From assembly GCA_012838125.1 (NCBI GenBank), contig DUPW01000044.1:3715-67714 (forward strand): a stretch of DNA of 64,000 nucleotides, read 5' to 3'. Position numbers and translations under genes: made by a program. The stretch is from Papillibacter sp. Its GTDB lineage: Bacteria > Bacillota > Clostridia > Oscillospirales > Oscillospiraceae. This document shows, in pieces, positions 18,987-27,655 of the stretch. Position 1 is the stretch's first letter. Each line of letters opens with the position of its first letter. Under the pieces are notes generated by a model. It was not told the DNA's origin. It saw nothing but the letters and a program-made list of their open reading frames with translations, and did not search any database.

Positions 18987-19841
18987 ATGGAGATTATCTT
19001 TCACGAAACGGAAACAGAAATCCGCCACGCGGCGGATTTTGACCTTGAAAAGACATTTAACTGCGGCCAGTGCTTCCGCTGGCACCGACAGGAGGGTGAC
19101 CCCTCCGAGGACGCCTTTATCGGCGTGGCGTACGGCCGCGCCGCCCGTGTACGGCAGACGGGTGAGGGCATTTTTATCAGCGGCGGCAGAGAGGATTTTG
19201 AATTTCTCTGGCGGGACTACTTTGACATCGAGCGGGACTACGACGCCATCCGCAAAATGCTCGCCGTGGACCCCTACATGACCCGGGCGGCGGAGTACGG
19301 GGCGGGCATTCGCATCCTGCGGCAGGAGCCATGGGAGGCGCTGTGTACGTTTATCGTCTCCCAGTGCAACAACATCCCCCGTATTACGCAGATTGTGGAG
19401 AACCTCTGCCATCTTTTCGGCGAGCCGGTGGCGTTTGAGAGAGAGACCCTCTACGCCTTTCCCGCGCCGGAGATTGTGGCGTCCCTATCTGAAGAAGACT
19501 TAGCGCCGCTTCGGAGCGGATACCGGGCCAGGTACATCCTCGGCGCGGCGCGGGCCGTGGCAGAGGGGCGCCTTGACCTTGAGGCACTCAAGAAGGCGCC
19601 GGAGCGGAAGGCCATCGAGGCCTTAAAAACCCTCGATGGGGTGGGGGAAAAAGTCGCCCAGTGCGCCGCCCTCTTCGGGCTGGGGAAGCTCAACGCCTTC
19701 CCCGTGGACACATGGATGAAGAAGGCCCTCTCTGCCGAATACGGCGGCGGCGTGGACCTGGCCCGCTTTGCGCCTTACGCCGGCATCGCTCAGCAGTACA
19801 TCTTCCATTACGCCCGCAGCAGCGCGCGCTCATCTTCATAA
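18987..19841 (+). CDS. ogg: HhH-GPD DNA glycosylase, 8-oxoguanine glycosylase (OGG)/AlkA-like
   Basis: N-terminal OGG_N-like FNCGQCFRW. HhH-GPD LDGVGEKVAQCAALFGLG..FPVDTW with Lys and Asp present. Start trimmed to MEIIFHE (ATG 18987). Confidence 0.8.
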   Translation: MEIIFHETETEIRHAADFDLEKTFNCGQCFRWHRQEGDPSEDAFIGVAYGRAARVRQTGEGIFISGGREDFEFLWRDYFDIERDYDAIRKMLAVDPYMTRAAEYGAGIRILRQEPWEALCTFIVSQCNNIPRITQIVENLCHLFGEPVAFERETLYAFPAPEIVASLSEEDLAPLRSGYRARYILGAARAVAEGRLDLEALKKAPERKAIEALKTLDGVGEKVAQCAALFGLGKLNAFPVDTWMKKALSAEYGGGVDLARFAPYAGIAQQYIFHYARSSARSSS

Positions 19842-19849
19842 GAAACAGC

Positions 19850-19885
19850 AAACGCCGAACGGAGGGGAGGTTCCGTTCGGCGTTT
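19850..19885. terminator. bidirectional intrinsic terminator hairpin after ogg
   Basis: Perfect 13-bp stem AAACGCCGAACGG / CCGTTCGGCGTTT with a 10-nt loop. Confidence 0.8.
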
Positions 19886-19960
19886 GCCCTGTAGAGGAAG
19901 AAACAATCACAATTTATGGAGAAAACCATAAAGGCGGGAGGAATCAGAAGGTAAGGCAGA

Positions 19961-19997
19961 AAACAAAAAGCTGCATCAACAGTAAAGTTGATGCAGC
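19961..19997 (-). terminator. intrinsic terminator (expression platform) of the cobalamin riboswitch
   Basis: Minus strand: GCTGCATCAAC-TTTACT-GTTGATGCAGC followed by TTTTTGTTTT. Confidence 0.75.
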
Positions 19998-20055
19998 CGT
20001 TTTTCCGCATACAGTATAAGCCGCCTGTGAGCCGAACGCGGGCTCAAGCGGCACA

Positions 20056-20247
20056 CTCCAAGCAGGTCTTCTGACTGGCGCATCCGGCAGATATCTGCCT
20101 GCGGGTCTGCTCGGCCTTCCCAGTTTCCCAGTGACCGACTTTCGTCTAAAGCAAACCCTCCGCGCTTACAGCGGCGGTTCCGTTCGGGATTTGCACCCGA
20201 TTTCCTATTCTCCCCCGAAAGCCCTACGCTCAAGGGGGCACTTGAAG
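20056..20247 (-). promoter_or_regulatory. cobalamin (AdoCbl/B12) riboswitch aptamer
   Basis: The minus-strand RNA contains AAUAGGAAAUCGGGUGCAAAUCCCGAACGGAACCGCCGCUGUAAGC, GUCACUGGGAAACUGGGAAGGC and the B12 box GCCAGUCAGAAGACCUGC. It is closed by P1 CUUCAAG/CUUGGAG. Confidence 0.85.
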
Positions 20248-20268
20248 AATCCTTATCTAATTGAAACA

Positions 20269-20297
20269 ATTTTACCCTACAAGGCGGGATTTGTCAA
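20269..20297 (-). promoter_or_regulatory. sigma-A consensus promoter driving the riboswitch RNA
   Basis: Minus strand: TTGACA (20297-20292), 17-nt spacer, TAAAAT (20274-20269). Confidence 0.6.
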
Positions 20298-20482
20298 CAA
20301 AATCCGCCTTTTTCCGCCTCGGGAGGAAAGTTTTCGCCACGATGAGAGCGCCTATCGGGCGGATGCGCGAATCGTCTAGAGCGGCCGCCCTGTTGTGCTA
20401 GGTGCGCAAAACCGCCCGTGCCGCCCCTTTACGCCATCGCGCAAAACCTCACGCTTTGGGGGGCATACTGTGTGGATGCCTG

Positions 20483-21313
20483 TTATAGGGGTGCGCTCAC
20501 AAACCCCTTCGGCGTGAGCACCTTCGCGTAACGAAATCCCACGCTGCGGGCCAGCTCCGCCGTGTCGTCGTATCGGTATCCCATGGAGGCGGCGTCGTGA
20601 CTGTCACTGGTGAGGAGAATCTCGCCGCCCCGGGCACGGATTTCCCGCAGGATAAAGGGGGCGGGGTAGGGCACTTTTCGCCCCACGCGGTACATCCCGC
20701 CGGTGTTGATCTCAAAGACCTGCACCCTCTCCATAACGGCGGCGAGGGCATCGAGGGCGGCGGCGCGATAGCGGGGGTCCTCCTCGTCGAAGAAAAGGCC
20801 TTCCCCGTTGTATTTTGTCACAAGATCAAAATGGGCGACGAAATCGGGGGTAAACGTGCGGCCGATGGTGGCGACGGATTCGTAATACGCCCGCACAAAG
20901 GCGTAATAGTCCCCGCCGAAAAAGCGGGTCACGCCCTCTTTAAGGCCCTCGGCGCTGGCGTCAGCGTAGACGAGGGCGCCCTCTTTCTCCACCGCATGGC
21001 AGGCGCCGATGATGTAGTCAAACGTCCCTTCGGGCAGGGGCGCGAGAACATCCTGCTCGATGCCGCAGTAGACGGCGATGCAATCGGCGTACTTGTCCTT
21101 AAGCCGCGCCATCTCCTCCATGAACTGAAACGTGCCGACGGGGGTCATACACCACTCGGTGGGGTGGCCCATGTACACGTGGCCGGAGATGCCAATGACG
21201 TCAAATCGGGCCTTGATGGCGGCGCGCACCATCTCCTGCGGGGTAAGGGAGCCGTCGTCAAATGTGGAGTGGGCGTGCAGATTGCTCCGCAAGGGAGCAG
21301 GAAGGGTGGTCAT
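20483..21313 (-). CDS. hisJ: histidinol-phosphatase, PHP (HisJ/HisK) family
   Basis: PHP motifs [10 protein letters not shown] and [10 protein letters not shown]. Last gene of the his operon. Confidence 0.85.
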   Translation of the reverse strand: MTTLPAPLRSNLHAHSTFDDGSLTPQEMVRAAIKARFDVIGISGHVYMGHPTEWCMTPVGTFQFMEEMARLKDKYADCIAVYCGIEQDVLAPLPEGTFDYIIGACHAVEKEGALVYADASAEGLKEGVTRFFGGDYYAFVRAYYESVATIGRTFTPDFVAHFDLVTKYNGEGLFFDEEDPRYRAAALDALAAVMERVQVFEINTGGMYRVGRKVPYPAPFILREIRARGGEILLTSDSHDAASMGYRYDDTAELARSVGFRYAKVLTPKGFVSAPL

Positions 21314-21954
21314 GTCATTTTCTCCTGCTTGACTTTTTCATCAATGACGTGGCGGGACTTTAGCTCCTCCCGCACATCCTCAAGGGAGATGCCCGCCTGC
21401 GCCATGAGCACGAGAACATGATACACAAGGTCAGCGATTTCGTAAACCGTTTCCCGCTTATCTTCCGCCTTCGCGGCGATGATAACCTCCGTGGACTCCT
21501 CGCCCACCTTTTTGAGGATTTTGTCCAGCCCCTTTTCAAAGAGGTAAGTGGTGTAGGAGCCTTCTTTTTTCTCCGTTTTTCGCCCCTCTATAAGCCGCAG
21601 GAGGGCATCCATCGAAAAACCTGGAGCCTCCTGCCCGTCAAACACGGGACGGGTAAAGCAGGAGTCCGTTCCCAAGTGGCAGGCGGGTCCCGATTTGCGC
21701 ACAAAGACGCACAGTGCGTCCCCGTCGCAGTCGGCGGTGATGCGCACGATGCGCTGCACGTTGCCGGACGTCTCTCCCTTGCGCCATAGCTCCCCCCGGG
21801 AGCGGGACCAGAAGCAGGTGCGTCCCTCTTTCATGGAAATCTCAAGACTCTCGCGATTCATGTACGCAAGGGTGAGCACCGCGCCGGAGTCTTCGTCCAC
21901 CACGATGGCTGGAATGAGGCCCTTTTCGTCAAATTTCAGCATTTCAATATCCAT
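21310..21954 (-). CDS. hisIE: bifunctional phosphoribosyl-AMP cyclohydrolase / phosphoribosyl-ATP pyrophosphatase
   Basis: HisI block [34 protein letters not shown] plus HisE block [16 protein letters not shown]. Confidence 0.95.
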   Translation of the reverse strand: MDIEMLKFDEKGLIPAIVVDEDSGAVLTLAYMNRESLEISMKEGRTCFWSRSRGELWRKGETSGNVQRIVRITADCDGDALCVFVRKSGPACHLGTDSCFTRPVFDGQEAPGFSMDALLRLIEGRKTEKKEGSYTTYLFEKGLDKILKKVGEESTEVIIAAKAEDKRETVYEIADLVYHVLVLMAQAGISLEDVREELKSRHVIDEKVKQEKMT

Positions 21955-21956
21955 TA

Positions 21957-22715
21957 TTAAATCCTCGCCGGTATGCCTTCACGGGCAAGAAGTTGTTTGA
22001 GCGCAGGGATTTCCACCTCGCCGAAGTGGAAGATGGAGGCGGCAAGACCTGCGTCCACCTTCGGAATCGTCTTAAACAGCTGCACGAAATCCTCCGAAGA
22101 GCCGGCGCCGCCGGAGGCGATGACGGGGATGCTCACGGCGTCGCATACCGCCTGAAGCATCTCAAGGTCAAACCCGCCTTTCACCCCGTCAGTATCGATG
22201 CTGTTCACCACAATCTCGCCGGCGCCCAGGGACTCGCCCTGCCGCACCCACTCGATGGCGTCAAGCCCCGTATCCTCACGCCCGCCCCGGGCAAAGACGC
22301 GAAACTGCCCGTCCACGCGCTTTATATCCACCGACAGCACCACGCACTGATTTCCGTATCTGCGCGCCGCATCCCGGATAAGGTCCGGATTTCTCAGGGC
22401 GCCGGAGTTGACGCTCACTTTATCCGCGCCGCATTTAAGGACCCGGTCGAAATCCTCCAGGGAGTTGATGCCTCCCCCCACGGTGAGGGGGATGAAGATG
22501 CAAGAGGCCACCTCCCGCAAGATGTCCGTAAACAGACGCCGCTCCTCCACGGAGGCGGTGATGTCGTAAAACACAAGCTCATCGGCCCCCGAGTCGCTAT
22601 AGTGCTTTGCGAGGGTGACGGGGGAGCTAACGTCCCCCAGCTGCTGAAATTTTACGCCCTTAACGACCCGTCCGTCCTTCACGTCAAGGCACGGGATAAT
22701 GCGTTTTGTAATCAT
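21957..22715 (-). CDS. hisF: imidazole glycerol phosphate synthase cyclase subunit HisF
   Basis: [42 protein letters not shown]. Confidence 0.97.
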   Translation of the reverse strand: MITKRIIPCLDVKDGRVVKGVKFQQLGDVSSPVTLAKHYSDSGADELVFYDITASVEERRLFTDILREVASCIFIPLTVGGGINSLEDFDRVLKCGADKVSVNSGALRNPDLIRDAARRYGNQCVVLSVDIKRVDGQFRVFARGGREDTGLDAIEWVRQGESLGAGEIVVNSIDTDGVKGGFDLEMLQAVCDAVSIPVIASGGAGSSEDFVQLFKTIPKVDAGLAASIFHFGEVEIPALKQLLAREGIPARI

Positions 22716-23446
22716 GTTGTCGTCCCCTCCAGACTCTGCACGAGAGCGAGGGCCTTGGCCAGGTCAATGCTTCCCGTGTAGAGGGATTTTCCAAGAATGG
22801 TGCCATAAAGGCCGAGCTTTGTGAGGACGGCAATGTCCTCCAGCGTCGCCACGCCGCCTGAAGCGATGATGTCAAGGGGCAGTGTTTCAGAAAGCTCACG
22901 GTACAGCCCGTGATTTGCCCCGCCCAGAACGCCGTCTTTAGAGATATCGGTGCAGATAACGGTTTTAATGCCGAGGGAGACGAGCCGTTGCATAAAGTCA
23001 AGGCACTTCGTCTCCGTAACCTCCGTCCATCCCCGAATGGCCACGAAACCGTCCAGAATATCAACGCCCACGGCGATTTTATCCCCGTACCGGGCGGCGG
23101 CGCCGGCGAGAAAATCGGGGTCGGTAAGGGCTGCTGTGCCGAGGATGACCCGGGCGATGCCGGCATCAAGGTACTTTTCAATCACCTCGAGGGAGCGAAT
23201 CCCGCCCCCTACCTGAATGGGCAGGCCGCTTTCCCGAACGATACGCACAATGGTATCAAAATTCGGCGTGGTGCCGTCCCGCGCCCCTTCTAAATCCACC
23301 ACGTGGAGGTACGAAGCCCCTGCGTCCCGAAAAATGCAGGCCTGCCGGGCGGGGCTATCGTTGTAGACCGTCATTTGATTGTAGTCGCCCTTGTAAAGGC
23401 GCACGGCGCGCCCTTCGAAGACGTCTATCGCCGGTAGTAGAATCAT
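22712..23446 (-). CDS. hisA: ProFAR isomerase HisA
   Basis: ILLPAIDVFEGRAVRLYKGDY..LHVVDLEGA..QVGGGIRS. Confidence 0.95.
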   Translation of the reverse strand: MILLPAIDVFEGRAVRLYKGDYNQMTVYNDSPARQACIFRDAGASYLHVVDLEGARDGTTPNFDTIVRIVRESGLPIQVGGGIRSLEVIEKYLDAGIARVILGTAALTDPDFLAGAAARYGDKIAVGVDILDGFVAIRGWTEVTETKCLDFMQRLVSLGIKTVICTDISKDGVLGGANHGLYRELSETLPLDIIASGGVATLEDIAVLTKLGLYGTILGKSLYTGSIDLAKALALVQSLEGTTT

Positions 23447-23458
23447 AGTAAAAACCTC

Positions 23459-24076
23459 CTAAACAGAGCAGAAAGCCCGCAGGATATTTAGGCCCGTCTC
23501 GCCGCTTTTTTCCGGATGAAACTGCGTGCCGAACACGTTCTCCCGCTCCACCGCGGCGGTGACGGGCACGGCATATTCCGCCGTGGCGATGACGGCATCG
23601 CCGCATTCCGTGGCGCAGTAGGAGTGGACGAAATAGACGTGCCCTCCCTCGTTTACAAACTGAAACAGGCGGCTTTTCGGCCGGTCTTTCGGGAAATTGA
23701 GGGCGTTCCAGCCGATGTGGGGCACTTTCAGCTCCGGCGGCAGCAAAGGCGCCAGAGGGACGACGCGCCCGGGAGTAAGCCCTAAGCCTTCATGCTCGCC
23801 GTATTCAAGACTTCTGTCAAAGAGCAGCTGCATGCCGAGGCAGATACCGAGTAAAGGCTTGCCGCGCCCCGCTTCGCTCCGCACCACGTCGTCAAGCCCC
23901 GACCTTCGGAGCTTATCTGCCGCGTCTTGAAAGGCGCCCACGCCGGGGAGGACGATGCGGTCGCACCGGGCGATTTCGTGAGCGTCCCCCGTTACGACGG
24001 CGTCCGCCCCGATATATTCAAAGGAGCTGCGCAGGGAAAAGAGGTTCCCCACGCCGTAGTCGATGATGGCAATCAT
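23459..24076 (-). CDS. hisH: imidazole glycerol phosphate synthase glutaminase subunit HisH
   Basis: MIAIIDYGVGNLFS..PLLGICLGMQLLF..HVYFVHSY. Start trimmed to ATG 24076 after a GAGGAG RBS. Confidence 0.95.
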   Translation of the reverse strand: MIAIIDYGVGNLFSLRSSFEYIGADAVVTGDAHEIARCDRIVLPGVGAFQDAADKLRRSGLDDVVRSEAGRGKPLLGICLGMQLLFDRSLEYGEHEGLGLTPGRVVPLAPLLPPELKVPHIGWNALNFPKDRPKSRLFQFVNEGGHVYFVHSYCATECGDAVIATAEYAVPVTAAVERENVFGTQFHPEKSGETGLNILRAFCSV

Positions 24077-24095
24077 ACAGTCTCCTCGTTTAAGT

Positions 24096-24683
24096 CTATA
24101 AAACGCCCTTCGTAGACGGAATTTCGCCGGCGAAGTTCGGGTCGATGGCCACGGCCGCCCGCAGGGCACGGGCGAGGGCCTTAAAGCACCCCTCCACGAT
24201 GTGGTGGGCGTTCTTCCCCGCCAGCTGGCGGACGTGTAGCGTCAATCCTGCCCGGCGTGTAAAGGCCAGCAGAAACTCCTCCACGAGAGACGCATCCATC
24301 GTCCCTAAGAAGGGGACGTCGAGCAAGAGCCCGTAGGCAAGGTGGCTGCGCCCCGAGACGTCCACGACGCACTGGATAAGCGCTTCGTCCATGGGAACGG
24401 TGGCCTCGCCGTACCGCGTGATGCCGCGCCGCTCCCCAAGGGCGTTGTCAAAGGCCATGCCGAGGCAAAGCCCCACGTCCTCCACCGTGTGATGGGCGTC
24501 CACGTGCAGGTCCCCCTTGCAGGTGACCGACAGGGCAAAGCGCCCGTGGCGGGAGAAGAGGGTGAGCATATGGTCAAGAAACCCGATGCCGGTGTCAATG
24601 GCGCCCCCTTCGCCCCCGTCGAGGCAGAGGGAGAGGGTGATGTCCGTCTCAAGGGTCTTTCGCGTGATGGTGCTTTTCCGCAT
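24096..24683 (-). CDS. hisB: imidazoleglycerol-phosphate dehydratase HisB
   Basis: TLETDITLSL..GIGFLDHML..DAHHTVEDVG..NAHHIVEGCFKA. Confidence 0.97.
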   Translation of the reverse strand: MRKSTITRKTLETDITLSLCLDGGEGGAIDTGIGFLDHMLTLFSRHGRFALSVTCKGDLHVDAHHTVEDVGLCLGMAFDNALGERRGITRYGEATVPMDEALIQCVVDVSGRSHLAYGLLLDVPFLGTMDASLVEEFLLAFTRRAGLTLHVRQLAGKNAHHIVEGCFKALARALRAAVAIDPNFAGEIPSTKGVL

Positions 24684-24685
24684 GG

Positions 24686-25753
24686 CTAAGGCTCCTCTCG
24701 TTCGATGATAGACTGGACTTCTTTTAGGAAAGTGTTCATCTGCTCCGCTGTGCCGATGGTGATGCGCAGGTACTCCGAAATGCGCGGCCGATTAAACCAG
24801 CGCACGAGAATCCCCCGCCCCCGAAGGCCAGAATACAAATCGCGGCCGGAGTGCTTCGGGTGGCGGGCAAAGAGGAAATTGGCCCGGGAGTCTGTGAGAA
24901 CGAAGCCGAGCTTTTTAAGTCTCTCTGCCGTCTTTTCCCGCACGCGGACAATTTCTAGGCAGTTGTTTGTGTAATACGCCTGCTCGATAAGCGCCGCTTC
25001 CCCGGCGGCCATGGACATGCGGGAGAGATTGTACGGGTTAAAGGAGTTTCGGATGGTGTCCAGGTCTTGAATGAGGGGCGGGGAGGCCACGGCGTAGCCG
25101 ATGCGGGCGCCCGCCAGCGACCGGGACTTGGAAAAGGTACCCACAACGAGGAGGTTTTCATAGCGGTTTATGAGGGGTACGGCGCTTTCACCCCCGAAAT
25201 CGATATACGCCTCGTCGATGAGGACGATATGGTCGGGATTTGAGGCGGCGATGCGCTCAATATCGGAGACGGGGAGAAAAAGCCCCGTGGGGGCGTTGGG
25301 GTTTGCGAGGATGATGGGCCGCCCTGCGGCGATGTAATCATCTACGCAGACGGTGAAATCCTCCCTCAGGGGCCGGATATCCGCGGTGACGCCGCAGAGG
25401 CTGCAGTAGACGGGGTAGAACCCGTAGGTGATATCGGGGAAACGGACGGGGGTCTCTTCGTCGAAAAATGCCAGAAAGGCAAAGGCGAGGGCCTCGTCCG
25501 ACCCGTTTGTGACGAGGACGTTCTCCGGCGTCACGCCGAGGTGCGCCGCGAGTTTTTCCCGCAGTCTTCGGGCATCTGGGTCCGGATAGAGCCGAAGGGC
25601 GGCCGCCTCCTCCCGCACCCGCTCCAGCACAAGAGGGGACGGAGGGAAAGGCGACTCGTTTGTGTTGAGCTTGATAAACGAACCCTCCCGGGGCTGCTCC
25701 CCGGGGACGTAGGGCACGAGATTTTTATGGCGGCGGGATAAAAACCGGCTCAT
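24686..25753 (-). CDS. hisC: histidinol-phosphate aminotransferase HisC
   Basis: Class-II aminotransferase. LNTNESPFPP..NPNAPTG..TFSKSRSLAG (PLP lysine). Confidence 0.95.
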   Translation of the reverse strand: MSRFLSRRHKNLVPYVPGEQPREGSFIKLNTNESPFPPSPLVLERVREEAAALRLYPDPDARRLREKLAAHLGVTPENVLVTNGSDEALAFAFLAFFDEETPVRFPDITYGFYPVYCSLCGVTADIRPLREDFTVCVDDYIAAGRPIILANPNAPTGLFLPVSDIERIAASNPDHIVLIDEAYIDFGGESAVPLINRYENLLVVGTFSKSRSLAGARIGYAVASPPLIQDLDTIRNSFNPYNLSRMSMAAGEAALIEQAYYTNNCLEIVRVREKTAERLKKLGFVLTDSRANFLFARHPKHSGRDLYSGLRGRGILVRWFNRPRISEYLRITIGTAEQMNTFLKEVQSIIEREEP

Positions 25754-27030
25754 TTCGTCACCTCCGGCTCAAATCGAATGGTGACGGAACGAGCGTGGGC
25801 CGTAAGCCCTTCCCGCTCGGCAAAGGCGGCCACATCGTCCTTCACGCGATGGAGAGCCTCCTTCGTGTAATAGGTGTAAGAAAATTTCTTAATGAAATCG
25901 TCTACTGAGAGGGGGCTTGAAAAACGGGCCGTTCCCAAGGTGGGCAGGGTGTGGTTGGGGCCGGCGTAATAGTCTCCCAGAGCCTCGGGGCAGTATTTTC
26001 CGAGGAAGACGGAGCCGGCATTTCGCACCTTCTCCAGAAGGGGGAAGGGGTCATCCACGCACAGCTCAAGGTGCTCGGGGGCGAGGGTGTTAGACAGCTC
26101 CACCGCCTCCTCGAGACAATCCACAAGGATAATCTTCCCGCCCGACTCGATGGAGGCCCGGGCAATCGCCTCCCGAGGGAGTTCGTTAAGCTGCACCTCG
26201 ATTTCCGCCGCCACCTGATGCGCCAGCGTCTCACTTGGGGTGACGAGGACGGCCCGGGCCCGCACGTCATGCTCCGCTTGGGAGAGCAAATCGGCGGCGA
26301 TGTGGCGGGGCTGAGCCGCCTCGTCTGCGATGACGAGGATTTCACTGGGGCCGGCGATCATGTCGATGGCGACGCGGCCGAAAACCTGCCGTTTCGCCTC
26401 CGCCACGTATGCGTTTCCGGGACCTACGATTTTGTCCACCGCCGGAATAGACTCCGTCCCGTACGCCAGGGCGGCGATGGCCTGTGCGCCGCCGCATTTG
26501 AAAATGCGGTTTGCGCCTGCAATGCGGGCCGCCGCCACGACTTCGGGGCGAACCGTCCCGTCAGCTCGCGGGGGCGTTACGAGAACAATCTCCCGTACGC
26601 CGGCAAGCCTCGCCGGAATGCAGCTCATGAGCACCGTGGAGGGGTAGGCGGCCGTTCCGCCGGGGATGTACACCCCCACCCGACTCAGGGGCAGAACCTT
26701 CTGTCCGAGAATTTCCCCGTTTTCGCCGGTAAACTCAAACCCTTCCCGTATCTGGCGGCGGTGAAAGGCCTCGATATTCTTCGCCGCCCGCAGGAGGATT
26801 TCCACAAACTCCCCATCCACTTGCTTAAGCGCGGCGGACACTTCTTCGGAGGTCAGCTCCAGAGCGTCAAGGCGGGCTCCGTCAAACTTTTCGCAGTAGC
26901 GGAGTACGGCGGCGTCCCCCTCCTGCCGCACATCGTCGATAATGGCGGCCACTGCGGCGGCAATGTCCGCCTCGTCTTCCTGCCGGACGAATATATCACG
27001 GGCCTTTATGGCCTTTATAATGTCAATCAT
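25750..27030 (-). CDS. hisD: histidinol dehydrogenase HisD
   Basis: GVYIPGGTAAYPSTVLM..IAGPSEILVIAD..SQAEHD..HLEL. Confidence 0.97.
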   Translation of the reverse strand: MIDIIKAIKARDIFVRQEDEADIAAAVAAIIDDVRQEGDAAVLRYCEKFDGARLDALELTSEEVSAALKQVDGEFVEILLRAAKNIEAFHRRQIREGFEFTGENGEILGQKVLPLSRVGVYIPGGTAAYPSTVLMSCIPARLAGVREIVLVTPPRADGTVRPEVVAAARIAGANRIFKCGGAQAIAALAYGTESIPAVDKIVGPGNAYVAEAKRQVFGRVAIDMIAGPSEILVIADEAAQPRHIAADLLSQAEHDVRARAVLVTPSETLAHQVAAEIEVQLNELPREAIARASIESGGKIILVDCLEEAVELSNTLAPEHLELCVDDPFPLLEKVRNAGSVFLGKYCPEALGDYYAGPNHTLPTLGTARFSSPLSVDDFIKKFSYTYYTKEALHRVKDDVAAFAEREGLTAHARSVTIRFEPEVTK

Positions 27031-27655
27031 CGCTCAGGCTCCCTTCCTCCGCAATTTTGCGGCAGAGCGTCGAGATAGCATCGTGCCGGAATTTGTAGCT
27101 GGCTTTATTGGCAATGAGCCGGGCGCTGATGGGGCAAATCGTCTCAATAACCTCAAGGTTATTTTCCCGCAGTGTCGTCCCCGTCTCCACGATGTCCACG
27201 ATAACGTCGGAAAGACCCAGTATGGGGGCCAGCTCGATGGAGCCGTTGAGGCCAATCACGTCAATTTCCCGGCTGCGTTCGAGGTAATGGGTTCTGGCGA
27301 TGCGGGAAAACTTCGTAGCCACCCGCAGGGTTCTGTCCGTATCGTCACGAAAACCCTTCGGCGCCGCCACGCACATCCGGCATTTGCCCACGCCCAGGTC
27401 GAGCAATTCATACACGTCCGGCTGATACTCCAGCAGGATATCCTTCCCCGCCACGCCGATATCCGCCGCGCCCCGCTCCACGTAAATGGCCACATCCGAG
27501 GGCTTCACCCAAAAGAAGCGGACGCCGTTTTCTTCGTTCTCAAAAACGAGCTTCCGGCCCCCTTCCCGGATGGCAGGGCACCCGAAGCCGACGGACTCGA
27601 AAATATCGTAGACCCTGTCGCCGAGGCGTCCCTTGGGGAGAGCAATATTAAGCAT
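27023..27655 (-). CDS. hisG: ATP phosphoribosyltransferase, short form (HisZ-dependent)
   Basis: LNIALPKGRL..DIGVAGKDILLE..SDVIVDIVETGTTLREN. 210 aa with no C-terminal regulatory domain. Confidence 0.95.
   Translation of the reverse strand: MLNIALPKGRLGDRVYDIFESVGFGCPAIREGGRKLVFENEENGVRFFWVKPSDVAIYVERGAADIGVAGKDILLEYQPDVYELLDLGVGKCRMCVAAPKGFRDDTDRTLRVATKFSRIARTHYLERSREIDVIGLNGSIELAPILGLSDVIVDIVETGTTLRENNLEVIETICPISARLIANKASYKFRHDAISTLCRKIAEEGSLSDD

Noticed and set aside
19990-20160. First impression of an RNase P RNA, tmRNA or SRP RNA on the minus strand (GACGAAAGTCGG.. and ..GGCGGCTTATAC resemble RNase P P4 strands).
   Set aside because: The two P4-like strings are only about 120 nt apart, far too close for a 350-400 nt RNase P RNA. 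The intervening sequence instead matches the cobalamin-riboswitch core and B12 box. No tmRNA 3' CCA-arm or SRP GGAAGCAGCC motif is present.
19976-20269. 97-aa minus-strand ORF (MFQLDKDSS...) and the 106-aa ORF at 19690-20010 in the track.
   Set aside because: They run straight through the riboswitch and terminator and antisense to ogg. They have no RBS and an Arg/Ser/Cys-rich junk composition.
20393-20452. Two copies of GCGCAAAACC spaced about 36 bp apart, between hisJ and the riboswitch promoter.
   Set aside because: The motif is a short 10-mer and there are only two copies. It has no dyad symmetry and no obvious link to a regulator. Noted only as context for the orphan riboswitch locus.
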